A DNA stretch of 64,000 nt from Laetmonice hystrix (lineage: Eukaryota): assembly GCA_965235115.1 (NCBI GenBank), contig OZ249440.1:32304001-32368000 (forward strand), read 5' to 3'. The position numbers and the translations under genes were made by a program. The notes under the pieces are model-generated. The model had not been told where the DNA came from, ran no database searches, and saw only the letters and a list, made by a program, of their open reading frames with translations. How positions within the stretch are numbered: the stretch's first letter is position 1; every line of letters starts with the position of its first letter. Shown here piece after piece: positions 24,601 to 37,487 of the stretch.

Positions 24601-27600
24601 TGGTGTGACAAACCCCAGAGGGTCATACAGCCTCGCTATAAAGCTGAGGACCACTCTTCTGGTATACACCAAGCCCTCGGGTATATTCACTCCTCCGAAG
24701 GAAAACCAATCTTCTTTTGGGAGCCACATGATGCCCAATATTTTGGTGGCTTCAAACTCGCTCAGGTCTCCACCAACCTGGTCACATACCAGTGGACAAT
24801 TTGAGTTCCACTTGGTCAACGTCATGCCAGCATCTTGCATTACCTGCTGAGCCTCAGTGAACATCTGAACAGCCTCATTCTCACTATCTGCACCTGAGAG
24901 CCAGTCATCAACATAAAGATTGTGCTGCAACTCTCCAATGACTCGGCTGTCTTCATACCGTGACAAATGGTGTTTGATTGTGGCATTCAATAGGAATGGA
25001 CTACAGTTGACTCCAAACGTAATCCGCCTAAATCGCATCTTTCGGGTCACACCCTCCTGCTCCCATAGGAACCTGTGTACATCACAGTCCTCTTCTCTTA
25101 GCTTAATTTGGAGGAACGCCTTGGTGATATCTGCAGTAATAGCATATCGCCATCTTCTGAATCGTAGAAGAATCTGTCAGATTTGGGAGCAATGATGGTC
25201 CTGGATCAAGACAGTCATTCAGAGAGACATTATTGTATCCTTCGGCCGATGCATCAAACACCGGCCGGACTTTCGTAGTACTAGATGCTTCTCTCACTAC
25301 CGGCCTGTGTGGTAAGTAGTAAACCTCATTAGGGCTAGGTTCGGCCTCAGCCGGAACCTCCTCTATAACCCCATTATTTTCCATCTCTGTCAGAGCAGAG
25401 TTATATCTCTCCTGGAGATCTGGGTCCCGCCCTAGTTTCCTCATAAGACTGTTAAGTCTGTTTCTAGCAATCTGCTCATTGTTGATGAGCTTAGGCTTAT
25501 CAGCCTTCCATGGCAGTGACACTTCATATCTGCCATCGTCAAACCTGACTGACTTATCAAAGTCTGCCAAACATTGGTCTGACGCCATACTGTCTGACTC
25601 TGTAGGAGAGATCCCAAGGGAGTCAATCTCCCAGAACTTTCTGACAGTAGTCTCAGAAATATCTCCAAAGCTCAACAGCTGGTGACACTCCGTGTTACTA
25701 ACTGAGGATTGGCCTTTTACTGAACCCGATATGAGCCAGCCATAGACTGAGCTCTGTCCAACCAGCCCACAGCTGAGTTTGACACTCTTCTGACCAACTA
25801 GATCCCAATAGTGGTCCAATCCCACTAGGATGTCGATGTTGGTCTCACCCCTCCCATCACGATTCCAGTAATCAATGGCTAGGTCACGTCTATTGAGCGG
25901 CGACAAAAGTGATACGTCTAGTGTTCGTTTCCTTAAAGGGGTACTGATCACTGGCACTTCAAGTGCACTGAACCTGATCTGCCTTCCACGCTGTGTGGCG
26001 CCAGTGGTTACTAACTCAAACATATTCCTCTCCACAGGCCTCGTTATGCCTCCCCCGAATGGGGCATAACCAATCTTTTCTGAGGATATGAACCTCGGAT
26101 TCAGTTTCTTCACCATTGAACTGGTGACATACGTGTGGTCAGAGCCACTATCAAATAGCACCGTGGCCTTGACCTTGGTCTCGCCATGGACAATTACTTC
26201 TGCCATTTGAAAGATAGCATGACCGGCCTTGCACGGGTCAGCATTAGACAGACTCACATGCATGTCTGTTTGTGAATCCTCGTGTATGTCTCTAGAGTGA
26301 CCCTTCTGAGGAGGGGTAGTGACCTTTCTCTCAGAGCCAGGACTAGATCTAGCAGGTGTGGATTTCTTGCTACCTTTCTGACAACAGATCTGGTGGTGTC
26401 CTCCATTGCAGATTCTACACTTGCTACTGCAATTCTTGGCGAAATGGCCAAACACCAGACATCTGAAGCAGAGGCCTGCATCACGAATGCGCTGCACTCT
26501 ATCAGGCACGCCAAGCTTTAATGTTTTCCAACATCTCTCAGCTTTGTGGGTACCATCGCAAAATCCACAAAGTGACTCTGCTCCATGACTCACTGCACGA
26601 GTTTGCAGAGCTGAGGCTGTGGCTCGCCTGGAAGCTCCCGACCTCTCCTGTTCGGGCATAGAGGAAGACCTAACATCCTTAAAGACTTCTGAACGTTCCC
26701 TCCGTTCTATTTCTGTCTTCAAAAATGACAGCAGCCACGCAAGATCACTTTCCTTTTTTTCTTCCCGTGCCCATTCCATTCTCATATTGCTGGGCAAGCA
26801 AGTCAGTATAATGGGCGTAAGTACCACACCATAGTTTTCTCCTTTGATGTCCAAGTTCTCAAGACTCCGAACATGAGACATCAGTTCCTCATACAGCTTA
26901 CGTAACTCAGCTGTAGAATTTTTACCAGCATGCTTGTCCTTCATTTGCAACAACGCTTGTACATGTGCAAATATAATACGCTCCTTCCGGCCATACCTAT
27001 CCTTTAGTAGGTCACAGGCAGCGGAAAAGTTGTTTGCGCTCAGCGTGAACCCTTCAATGGTCTTGCTAGCCTCCCCTCTCAGAACACTCTTAAGGTAGGA
27101 GAATTTCGTCACATCAGGAATGTCCATAGAACCTATCGTAGCAGCAAAGGTTTCCCAAAACGGCTGCCATTCCATGAGGTTTCCAGAAAACAGAGGTAGG
27201 TCTACCTTGGGCAGCTTCACTGTGTTAGCACCTGAATAACCACTCCCCCCCATCGCGGAACCAGCACGGGACCCACTAGGGGACCCACTCGGGGACCTTT
27301 CTGAATTTGTTTCCCCAAACATGCTGATCAGGGCCTTAGTAGCCTTCAAACGGACAGACACTACTCCTTCTCTATGCTTAGCTGCCTCAGGAAAGTCAGC
27401 TTCAAACTCAGCTGGACTAATGTCCAGCTCATAGGTTGACTGCGCCTCATCCAGTAGGGAAAGTCTCCTATCAAGCTCCTCTATAGCTGACTCTAACTCT
27501 AGCCGCTCTACACCCTCTTTAGTCAGAACTGTTTCCAATCCCTTTACAGCCCGCGTCATCCATGCCCTAGCAACCGTGCGAGATCTCTTTAACCTTTCTG

Positions 27601-28887
27601 TGCTAGCCATGGTTAATGTAAGTACACTGAATGCTGCAAACAGCACACACACCAACTTGAGCATGAAACCTTATGTAAAAACTTGTGCACCTTACTTTAC
27701 TGTCTTTAGTCTAGACTAACTGGACTTTACAAGTGAACTGAGCTATACTAGGGGCAAGTGTAGCAATACAATGGGAGACACCATCATCAATCTCAGACTC
27801 AGTACAATCAGTGCAACTCAGCACAACTTAGCACACTAGCACAATACAGTACAACCCTTAGCATTTTTGCACCAATTAATTATCAAATAACACTTATTCG
27901 GTCTGTCCTTTTATCAATGACAAATCCAATACTAGTACAGCGCACAGCAATATACTACCGGTGTCTCTGATCCACACAAATGTCCACAGTGGAATTCAGG
28001 TAGGTAAGATGACAGTGACATCAGTCTATAACTCACCGCGAAGTCAACCAGCTGATCGCCGCTCGTAAGTAGGTCAGTTCGGTCCCGCTGTGGCATGCAG
28101 CAACAGTCAGTGTTGACAATGACACCCTACTCCCAAAGGCCGCAACAAAGTTCACAGTAACTGACAATTCCAACCGAAGGCTTGTCCTGACACCGTCCTA
28201 CTACCTAGTGCTTCTCGACAAGCTATTCCATTGGAGGTAGACTCCGATCATCTTGGCTGGCTTGATCTAAGTCAGCAGCCGCGGGTCGATCCTGCGCCCC
28301 GACACCACCTCCCCCGGTCTCCCAGTACGAAGCTCCGGGAAGTTGTAGGTCAGACGTAACACGAGCGTCGTCGCGTCCTAAGCCCGCTCCAAGTGTATGC
28401 CAATACACCATACGTCTCCCCTTGTCCTCTGTGTATGCCAATACACAGGCCATACCGACTGTATATGCCAATATACAGTCTCCGTGATCCTCTGCTGACT
28501 CGCAATGCTGCCGAACCTCAGACGACTCTGGCCTATAACACGTACTGTACCATTACCAAGCACGTGTTCACGGCCGTGTCAACCCACGCTCTCCCTAAAC
28601 TGGTCCTCGGGCGGCTACCACCCCATCACTCCAAACTCAGTCGGCGATGACTTCTCTTCTCAACCAAGAAGCCAAAAATGTTCTCTGGGCTTCCCGGGTC
28701 TGGGCACCAATATCGCGGACGATTCTTGATTGGAGTTTATCGGGCATGGATCGAGACACAACGCCGACCACTTCTTATAGGTTTCAATATGGCAGCTTCT
28801 TCCTCCCGCCTTTTTATTTTACTCTCGCGAGATTACACTTTTCTTCCTTTCAGGTCTCCGTACACAATATTTCTTCAATCCGCGACA
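21689..28887 (-). mobile_element. Full-length BEL/Pao LTR retrotransposon
   Basis: 177-bp LTRs (21689-21865, 28711-28887) that look identical by eye, 5-bp TSD GTGCT, PBS TGGTGCCCAGACCCGGGA (~28692-28709, close to the tRNA-Phe 3' complement), and PPT GGGGGAGTA next to 21865. Confidence 0.95.
22255..27610 (-). pseudogene. BEL/Pao Gag-Pol polyprotein (Gag, Zn knuckles, protease, RT, RNase H, integrase) with three single-base frameshifts
   Basis: Motifs KLPKVDLPLFSG, three CCHC knuckles, LFDSGSD, YLPHRPV..KVRPVFDAS, LYVDD, FADAS, LPRLEL, WTDS, NPAD, DFAGP, SDNA, PWWGGWWERLV. Frameshifts near 25172, 24590 and 23275. Confidence 0.92.
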
Positions 28888-28965
28888 GTGCTCTCAACAT
28901 CATCTCAACATCTGCAGCTCTTCAGCTTCCCATGCCGAATCTTACAGGTACTTTTCATTTTGTAA

Positions 28966-29733
28966 AGCCAGGTACACACGGGCGACCTTAGAAGCGGCGA
29001 CTTGCGTCTTGCGACCAAACTTGTCAAGACGCCTACCTGAAACGCGCGTCTGAATAGTACTGTGACTTGCTTCTTGCGTCTAAACGCAAGACGTCGCGTC
29101 TAGGTTGCAAAAGTAGAACATGTTCTACTTTTGCGTCTTAGACGCGGCGACTAGGCTTCGTCTTAGAGTTGTTCAGCCAATCCAAAACGCCCATGACCAC
29201 ATGATTACGTCATAGGCACGCGTGTCACTGATGATCTGGGCCATGTGCTTCTGGGCAAGTTCAAGATGGCTCAAGTTGAAGAAATTGATCTCCACAAATT
29301 AGTGGAACAGTGGGAGCGCTTCCCTGCACTCTACGACCCAAGCTACGAATTTTACAAAGATAATAGCGTCAGGGCACAAAACTTTGATGAGCTGGCCAAA
29401 CATTTTAACCATTTCACCCACTTCCTACGCCTAACCAAACGGCGCATTCGCGTTGTCAAAATTGCACTTCAGATATGGACATTTGTGGTAATTATCTCTA
29501 GATCATCGAGGTCGGAGTCCGAGTCGGCCATTTTTGAAAACGCGAGTAGCAGCGTATAGATCTACGAACGCTCATGTGAACAGTGCTTTTGCTGGGCGTC
29601 TTGATTCAAAACGCAAGATCTAAAAAGTAGTGACGCGCTGGTCAAGAAGCATGTGTAAAAGGTCCCCGCTACCTGAGAAGTCAGTCGCAAGACGCAAGTC
29701 GCGGCTTTTCAGGTCGCCCGTGTGTACCTGGCT
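28966..29733. mobile_element. Internally deleted PIF/Harbinger element in the Academ intron
   Basis: TIR AGCCAGGTACACACGGGCGACC and TSD TAA. It carries a MADF N-terminus on + (LVEQWERFPALYDPSYEFYKD) fused to a transposase-like N-terminus on - (MADSDSD...RRRKWVKWL). Confidence 0.85.
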
Positions 29734-30108
29734 TAAGGCATCTAGTATTAATTATCACATAATTTCACATCTAAATCAATGCCGTAGTATACGCTGCAAT
29801 ACAAAGATATAAAGAACCCTCCGGGTATATAGCTATAAACCAACAATTATTAATATACATGTGCACATGTTTGTATTTCTCATAAGTAAAATGCCGTATT
29901 TTTACAACCAAAAGTGTTTTTCTTTTACAACGGACCCCCCCCCCCCCCGGATTTGCTCTTTTTATGCTAGACCCCCACCCCTGAATATATACCTAAATCC
30001 GCCCTTTATAGGCTATTATGTTTTTGTTCAGACCTCTCCTCAGTGCAAGGCATGTCTGAGATGAATAGAACCTCCTCGCAGTAACCTTATCCTCTTTTTT
30101 TTTTTCAG

Positions 30109-31492
30109 GTGAGCAAAACGCCTCCCCGCAGCCGAGCTCCTCCAACTCTGAGCCACCTGACGGGATCTCCCCGTATGCAAATTCCTCCGGATCACCTGAG
30201 ATGGCCCCACAGGCACATGCAGGTCAGTTTTAAAAAAAGAACTCTACATGTATATATATATTATATCAGATATACGTAAATACAGTGATGCTTCTATGCA
30301 ATGAGTTGTATTCCAACATTTATGGCCATACCTCAAATACATATGTGTATATATATTTTAACGTCTTTTTTCAGGTGAGGAAAACGCCTTCCCGCAGTCA
30401 AGCTCCTCTGAGCCACCTGATGGGACCTCCCCGTATGCAAGTCCTTCCGACCCGCCTGAGATGGCCCGTCAGGCACATGCAGGTCAGTTCTTTTTAATGA
30501 CCTGTACATATCGGCTATATGCGTACATACAGTGATGATATGCAATGAGTTGTATTCCAACAGTTATGGCATTACCTCAAATACATACGTGTATATATAT
30601 ACATGTATATATATATTTTTTTTTAACGCCTTTTTTTCAGGTGAGAAAACGCCTCCCCACAGTCAAGCTCCTCTGAGCCACCTTATGGGACCTCCCGGTA
30701 TGCAAGTCCTTCCGACCCGCCTGAGATGGCCTGTCAGGCACATGCAGGTCAGTTTTTTTTTAATGAAAGGCCTACATATATCAGCTATATACGTACATAG
30801 GCCTACAGTGATGTTTCTATGCAATGAGTTGTATTCCAACATTTATGGCCATAAAATATATTTTTTAACCTTAAGTCTTTTTTAGGTGAGGAAAATGCCT
30901 CCCTGCAGTCAACTTCAAGCTCCTCTGAACCACCTGATGGGACCTCCCGGTATGAAAGACCTTCCGACCTGCCTGAGATGGCCCGTCAGGCACATGCAGG
31001 TCAGTTTTTTTAATGAACTGTACTGTACGCCTACATATATCAGCTATATACGTACATACAGTGATGTTTCTATGCAATGAGTTGTATTCCAACATTTATG
31101 GCCATAAAATATATTTTTTAACCTTATGTCTTTTTTAGGTGAGGAAAATGCCTCCCCGCAGTCAACTTCAAGCTCCTCTGTGAGCCACCTGATGGGACCT
31201 CCCCGTATGCAAGTCCTTCCGATCCGCCTGAGATGGCCCGTCAGGCACATGCAGGTCAGTCTTTTTTTAAATGAGTTGTATATATCAGCTATATGCGTAC
31301 ATGCAGTGAGTTGTATTCCAACATTTATGGCATTACCTCAAATACATAGGTGTATACATATATATTTTAACGTCTTTTTTTCAGGTGAGGAAAACGCCTC
31401 CCCGCAGTCAAGCTCCTCTGAGCCATCTGATGGGACCTCCCCGTATGCAAGTCCTTCCGGCCCGCCTGAGATGACCCATCAGGCACATGCAG
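30109..31492 (+). repeat. Six tandem exon+intron units (~250-270 bp) encoding a Ser/Pro-rich peptide
   Basis: AG/GT-bounded blocks at 30109-30222, 30375-30482, 30641-30747, 30886-30999, 31139-31254 and 31385-31492. Consensus GEENASPQSSSSEPPDGTSPYASPSDPPEMARQAHA. Confidence 0.85.
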
Positions 31493-31835
31493 GTCAGTTT
31501 TTGAACTCCACAAATCAGATATATACGGACATACCGTAATATTTCTATGCAATGATTTGTATTTCCTGGCAGCATTTATGGCTATACAATTATATATTAT
31601 AACCTTGTCTCTTTTTTCAGGTGCAGAAACCCCGACGCTTCTTCTCGCTCATATCTTTCAGCTAGTTAATGATGTTCACAATGGGAAAATTGGGATGGTG
31701 ACTGGTAGAAGGCCTTTCAGACCTTTGTATAAACTTTAACATTGAAGACTGTTGCATAGCCATGACGCTAGCTCGTATGACTTGAACAATAGACTGACTG
31801 TATTACATTTACAAATTACAGGGTTGTCTTGATCA

Positions 31836-32070
31836 TAAAGGGGCGACCATTTAACGTTAATTGGAGGGGGGAGGAGGAGGAGGATTTTAACAATAAATTT
31901 CCCAGCTCCAATATGTCAAGAAAAAAAATCTGGCTCCCTCTGTGGTTGAATAAAATTGTCAGTGGGTCTAAAAAAATTCTGGCTCTAAAATTGTGTGAAA
32001 AAATATTCTGTTTAAAATAAATCTTCAGACCCACTCCCAGTCCCAGAAAAGTTAAATGGTCGGTCCCTAA
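31836..32070. mobile_element. Small MITE
   Basis: Imperfect TIR AGGGGCGACCATTTAAC / GTTAAATGGTCGGTCCCT. Confidence 0.55.
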
Positions 32071-33425
32071 CTAGCTGGTAACCTCATCGCGTACGTGTGA
32101 AATGCCAGCGAACGTTTGTTACGTCACAATCGTCACCGAGACAACCACGCCAGCCACTGGCCCCGTCTTACCAAACATGGTTGAAAGTTAACTGCTGGTA
32201 AAGTAGGCCGTCGCCAAGGCGATATCCAGACAACTTACAACGTTAGCGGTACCCCCTCCCCAGCCGTTAACTTAAAGCGATCCGAAACCGCCACTAGCAA
32301 TAGGGCCCATGGATAACCATGGTATAGTGCCTTTTACCTGCCACCATCTAATTCCCACAAAGTCTGTGTGTTAAAAGTAATCCCCGATAGAAACTGACAG
32401 TTGCCCGTTTGCTCACGGCGTCCATCTTGCCGAAATTCACTGCCGTGAGACCTTAAAAAATGGCGTCCCTAGAGCCTACCCCATTCCCCCATCACTGTGT
32501 TGGTCAACCATCTACACGGACACTATGTACAATAATGGTTACTGGTGAACTCGGACCATGGTTATCTCGGCCCATGTCGATTACATGACTTCATGTCCCC
32601 TTCATGCGTGCCCTGTCCCAGGCTCCATGCCTCACTCACCCCGACACCCGAGTCAGGTGGTGAAGTCAACAACGGGGCAGCACGGTGCTCCCGACGGGCG
32701 TGCACTGGTGGTTGGACGGGGCCAGACATGCCAATTTGGTCGATCGACAACGTATTGAAAAATCTCTTACCGGGCGCTTAAACGAACAGAAATTCGTCGC
32801 AATACCCTCCAACGCATGAAATGGTGGCTGAAAGCTATTATTTATACGGAGAATTGTCAACTAGAGAATGAAATGTACACTGGTTGGGTCATGGATGGAG
32901 TCTGACAGTAGTGACAGACTACGGCAGTCTACGGCCGGGGACATGGCGTGCACTGCCACTGTCAAAGCGTCGGGCTACCGTTCAGCTAGCACACCCAGGC
33001 ATATCTTCACGAAGGATCAGCACTAAGTCAGTGGTGTGGTTAGACCTGCTGATCGGTCTCCTAGTACTATGACACGGATAATCTTACTCGCAGCTCTCAG
33101 TCTAGACTCTCTGACTACCTTGTATCCTCACCCGATCTGACAGCTGGTGGAAACTCGCGGCTCTGGCGACGTCACACTTCCGGGTGACCTGACTGTTTTT
33201 GATTGGCTGAATCAATCTCCCGTGTGATAATGTGATGTAAAATGGCGCCGAGTTCATTTCTCGGCTAGAGGTACGGTACTCGTAGTTTAAGGTTGGCATT
33301 CTCGTTTATGTAAAACCTATTGACCTGCATTTATTGCTGATGTTATTCTTTATTGTATAAGGCATATGGGAAGGTATAAGGTAGCTGGATTGTTGCATTT
33401 GGCTTTAACTAGACAAGCACTCTTT

Positions 33426-34823
33426 GGTCACAATTCATGAACTGGGGTATCAAAAATGGGGGATTGTAACACATCTGACAAAGTTGTCCCATTCAAATCG
33501 AACTTCTACTCAGAAGAATAGGGCTACAACAACAAACTAGGTATATTCTGAAAGCTTATGATGTCACCTTTCTAATGATGTCACATTTATCACAGTTTGA
33601 TTCAATGCAACCAAGTTCCTGTGTTGTGAATGAAATGAGTACCTGGGGGATCGGAGGAGGCGGTCGGAGGAGGCGGTGCATTTTCAATACAGACTTCAAT
33701 GTGTGGTTCTGTTATTAGCATATAGGTGTCTCTAGGTTTCCAAGAGGGTCAAAGATAGGCCAGTAGAAGGAAGCTATTTTAGTAGTGGACAGATCTTACT
33801 ACAGGTAAGAACAAATTGGCCTTCCAGTTCTACAATCTTGTCAACTAGTGATCGTGAGATTTTTAATCCCCTTGTTATGCTGCGCTTGTAGGTGTATTTA
33901 GATGTGTACATGGGAATGAGAAAATTGGAACAGGCACGTGGGTGTTTAGTTTGCATTGTGATCCCTATATATGAGGATTTTATGCATAAATAGTCATGAA
34001 GGGTATACAGCTCGGACTGCCAATGGACTACGAGTTAGGAGTAGCACAACGATTTTGATTTACGATGGTCAAGTTTACATCAAAACGGAATTGTCATAAG
34101 GTTTTATGAATTTGAAAAACAAAAGATAAGGGTTATACTTTGACTTAAGTAGTTTTATACATATGGGCCCAGAATCGCCCGCTTCACCCCTTAGCACAAC
34201 CCTTGGTAGTTGCCAGTATTATTAGGTTATTATTTCACTGTATTTGTACTAAGTCAGTACACTTTGATGCGAGGTCCGAGGTGCAAGATGATGCAAATTA
34301 CAATTATTTAATAATTATTTATTATCTTAAGAGATTTATTTTCTCATTGTTGGCTTTTATTCAACTTTACACAGTCACGGATTGCCCGAGGGCTCTAAAT
34401 ATAAAAGCTGATCATTTCCATTGCATTTTTCATTATTTTCACCCACCTGATTTTCAAAGTTCTTTTTTGTAGTCATTTTGGTGTGGGACATCAAAACATC
34501 AGGTCTCACTTGAAAGAACATTTTCTTGTCTGCATTTTGCCACCAGTTTGGTGAAATTCGGTTGAAACAAAGGGAAGTTAGGCTTATTTTTGTCAAACCA
34601 TGTTCGTTTTGAGAAAATCAATAAAAAAGGTTGGAGTCCCAATGCATTATCCCATTGATTACGGTAATTCAATTGTACTTTATTCATTAACGGATGGGAA
34701 TAATAGAGTCAGTCTATGTGCAATTAAGAGACCTTCATTTGTTTATTTCACAGGATGAATATTGAAAAATTGACCATTTTGACCCTGTTACACTTTTTGC
34801 CCCCAGTTCATGAATCACGACCC
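33426..34823. mobile_element. Non-autonomous TIR element
   Basis: Imperfect TIR GGTCACAATTCATGAACTGGGG / CCCCAGTTCATGAATCACGACC. No ORF. Confidence 0.55.
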
Positions 34824-35490
34824 TTTGCGGTAATCCCTCGTCCATACTAATAGTTTATTTTTACTGGTGTCTGTTTCATCATTGAAAATTCAATCTTTAC
34901 TGGTGTAAGCCTGATGGGGCGGGGGGGGCGAGGCCCCCTTCGCCCCCCCCCCCTGGCTACACCCCTGTATTTTGAAATTCAAGGTGTAATTTGTTGCATC
35001 GGATGCATTTTGGAGCACAAAATAAGCTATTCAATGACCAAGACCAAGGGCAAAAGGGCCTCCTTAAGTCCTACAGCATCTTTGGCTATATAGCATGAAA
35101 TCATGCCGAGCGTAGCGAGGTAAAAATTTTTTTTAGGTGGTTTTTATCTTGCAACTGAACGAAAAAAAACTTCTAAATTATAATGTTAAGTTAAAATGTG
35201 TGTATCTGCAAAATTTTAGGGGGGTTCGAACCCCCTGAACCCCCCCCCCCTTGGATCCGCCAGTGATGCACCCTCGCTAGCCTCTCACTTGGGAGTCATC
35301 ACCGTGCGGTCTGGCGAGGGTCTGACGACGTCGCTAGTGCCTGACGACACTACTTATGCAATGCGCGAGCTCACGATGGTGTCGCAGTCGTGAGGGTGTC
35401 GTTGGCAAAATTTTTCGCAAGAGTGTAATGAGGGCCTAAGGATATTTTTGCGACAAAATTATGCAACGGGGGCATTTAACCTCCACCTAT

Positions 35491-37487
35491 GGTCAGAGGA
35501 GGGTTGCAGCGCTAGTGCTGCCACCTATATCCAAACCATATGCGCGCACGCTCAGCATGGCCACGCCAGTTTCTGACATGGCGGCGAGTATTAAAGCCTT
35601 GCTCTGAAGCATAAACCTAGGCCTATGCCGTTTGGCGTAGGCCCTGCCACTAGCTGACTGGCTTCAGTTTAGGTGTGGGCGTACTCTAGCTTCCGTCGTA
35701 CTCTATCACATTCACATTCCGCTCAGCTAGCTACCCGGATTGGAGCCATCACTACCCGGGACTTGGACGCAGCAAGTCCCCTCAGCTGGCAGTTGGCCTG
35801 TCGGTGTCCTGCCGCGCACCGCAGTTTTTTTAATTTGGGACGCAGAAAAAGGAACATGTTATCTATATTTAAGCCCATCAGACTTAGGGACAACAGTGTT
35901 GAGGTTGGGTTTTATAAAATACTGTAGTGAAATTGAGCCGTGTCACTACAGCACGGTTTGGATAGCCGTGGGCTTTCCACTGGCATGATAGAAATACACT
36001 TACCGTAGCGGCCTGCTTGTCGACTATGTCGGGCCTGCCGCTGGAGTGGGTATATTTCGTATCACAGGGATGGTCCGTGGTTGTTGCCGGGGTCGATATC
36101 AGGGTCAGTCCGTGAGTCAATCGGTTAGTCCGTAATCAATGTCGTAGTCCGTGGTCAGTGTTTCCCTAGTCACTAAACGGAGTCCGATAGGACTAGGGGC
36201 GGTCGTCAGGTCTAAAGCCCGCCAAATACCGGTCGTCACCCGACGATGGCCCGGGCGACCGAGTATATGGGGGCGGTCAAGCGCTCTGGGCTAGCGAGGG
36301 CCTACTAGGCCAGCACAGTGGACCAATGGTCACTGGGCTGTGGCGGCATAGGCCGAGGATTGCAATATCGGCCTGTAAGGTAACCACGTGGGGCTCCTCA
36401 CAGGACGACAAACTTGCAACAACTCTCTTGTTATCGCGGGAAACCCAGGCTTATATAGATTCTACCCTTCTGGGGCCAAACTGAGGCGGCCGATTTACAC
36501 GATCCGCCAGAGGGCGCGATATGGGGATATACTGACTAGGTGAGCCTCATCCCTCTAGGTGGCGCTAGGTTCGGCCCAAGGCACTTTCACAACAATACCA
36601 TTTAAATAGGTATAGGCCTACAATCATTTAAAACTAAATAAAAGTACGATTGCGCGGTTCACGACAAGTCATGCCCAGAGAGACCGGCTGTCCAACTTCA
36701 CTGTCGCGGCTGTCGGATTTTTTGACATGTTGTTTTGAATTTGACAATACTCGCATAATTTCCGTCTGATCTTTTAGATATTTTGCAGACTTGTTGATGA
36801 TACCCTAAAAATATTGTGTGAAAAATTTCAATGAAATCGGTTTATCTGTTTGCAAGAAACGGCTTCCTTTAATCGTGAAGGAAGATGGAGGCCACATTGA
36901 GCATAAACTGAAATAAGGGTTTTCCTTTGATATTGGATTTTTTGACATGCTGTTTTGAATTTGACAATACTCGCATAAGTTCTGTCAGATCTTTTAGATA
37001 TTTTGCAGACTTGTTGATGATACCCTAAGGTTATTGTGTGAAAATTTTCAATGAATTCGGTTTACCTATCACTGAGAAAATACTTGTCAAAAAGCGGTTC
37101 ACTTTTTCTGGGACACCTGATATGTCTATGTCTGGGGACCAACAAATCTTTAGAGCTTAATTTAGCAGTAGTGTAGCACCAGGTCAAAGTTAGGCTTTTT
37201 ATTCCAACAAAAGCGGCCATTACGAGTGTCAGCCCGATGCCCTTCAATCCAACTTATTATTAAAAAAACTATCAATAAATTCTATAAAACAACAACCGGG
37301 TGTGAGAATAGACCCAGTAGAACCTAACCGCTACTTTCTTTTCATTTGATACGTCGTCGGTTGATAAATGCAGCAGATATTTTGGGCGGCCTCTGAATGA
37401 CACTGTTCAAAAACCGCGCGTTTGTTTTGGTTCTCTATTATCGCTCAGTGTAGGTGGCAGCACTGGCGCTGCAACCCTCCTCTGACC
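35491..37487. mobile_element. Non-autonomous DNA transposon with GG termini and 3-bp TSD
   Basis: 37-bp TIR GGTCAGAGGAGGGTTGCAGCGC(T/C)AGTGCTGCCACCTA, TAT on both flanks, and an internal ~220-bp-spaced duplication at 36714-37065. Confidence 0.75.

Larger units (their letters stand above)
19574..28947 (+). pseudogene. Academ-like transposase 1, large first exon (19574-21688 + 28893-28947), interrupted by BEL
   Basis: ~705 uninterrupted codons with CxxC..HxxC fingers, FIADNVD, ITFDQQLYWIA, LGGFHTEMS, GKAVARAV.GHFLVDSA. The frame resumes after the BEL TSD as LNIISTSAALQLPMPNLT and ends at donor G|GTAC. The C-terminal XPG part was not found for this copy. Confidence 0.75.

Noticed and set aside
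30109..31492. CRISPR-like repeat/spacer appearance
   Set aside because: Repeats are >100 bp, the spacers are homologous to each other and intron-like, there are no cas genes, and the context is eukaryotic.
36374..36590. Solo-LTR-like TG...CA segment with a TATA-like motif
   Set aside because: No partner LTR, PBS, PPT or TSD identifiable.
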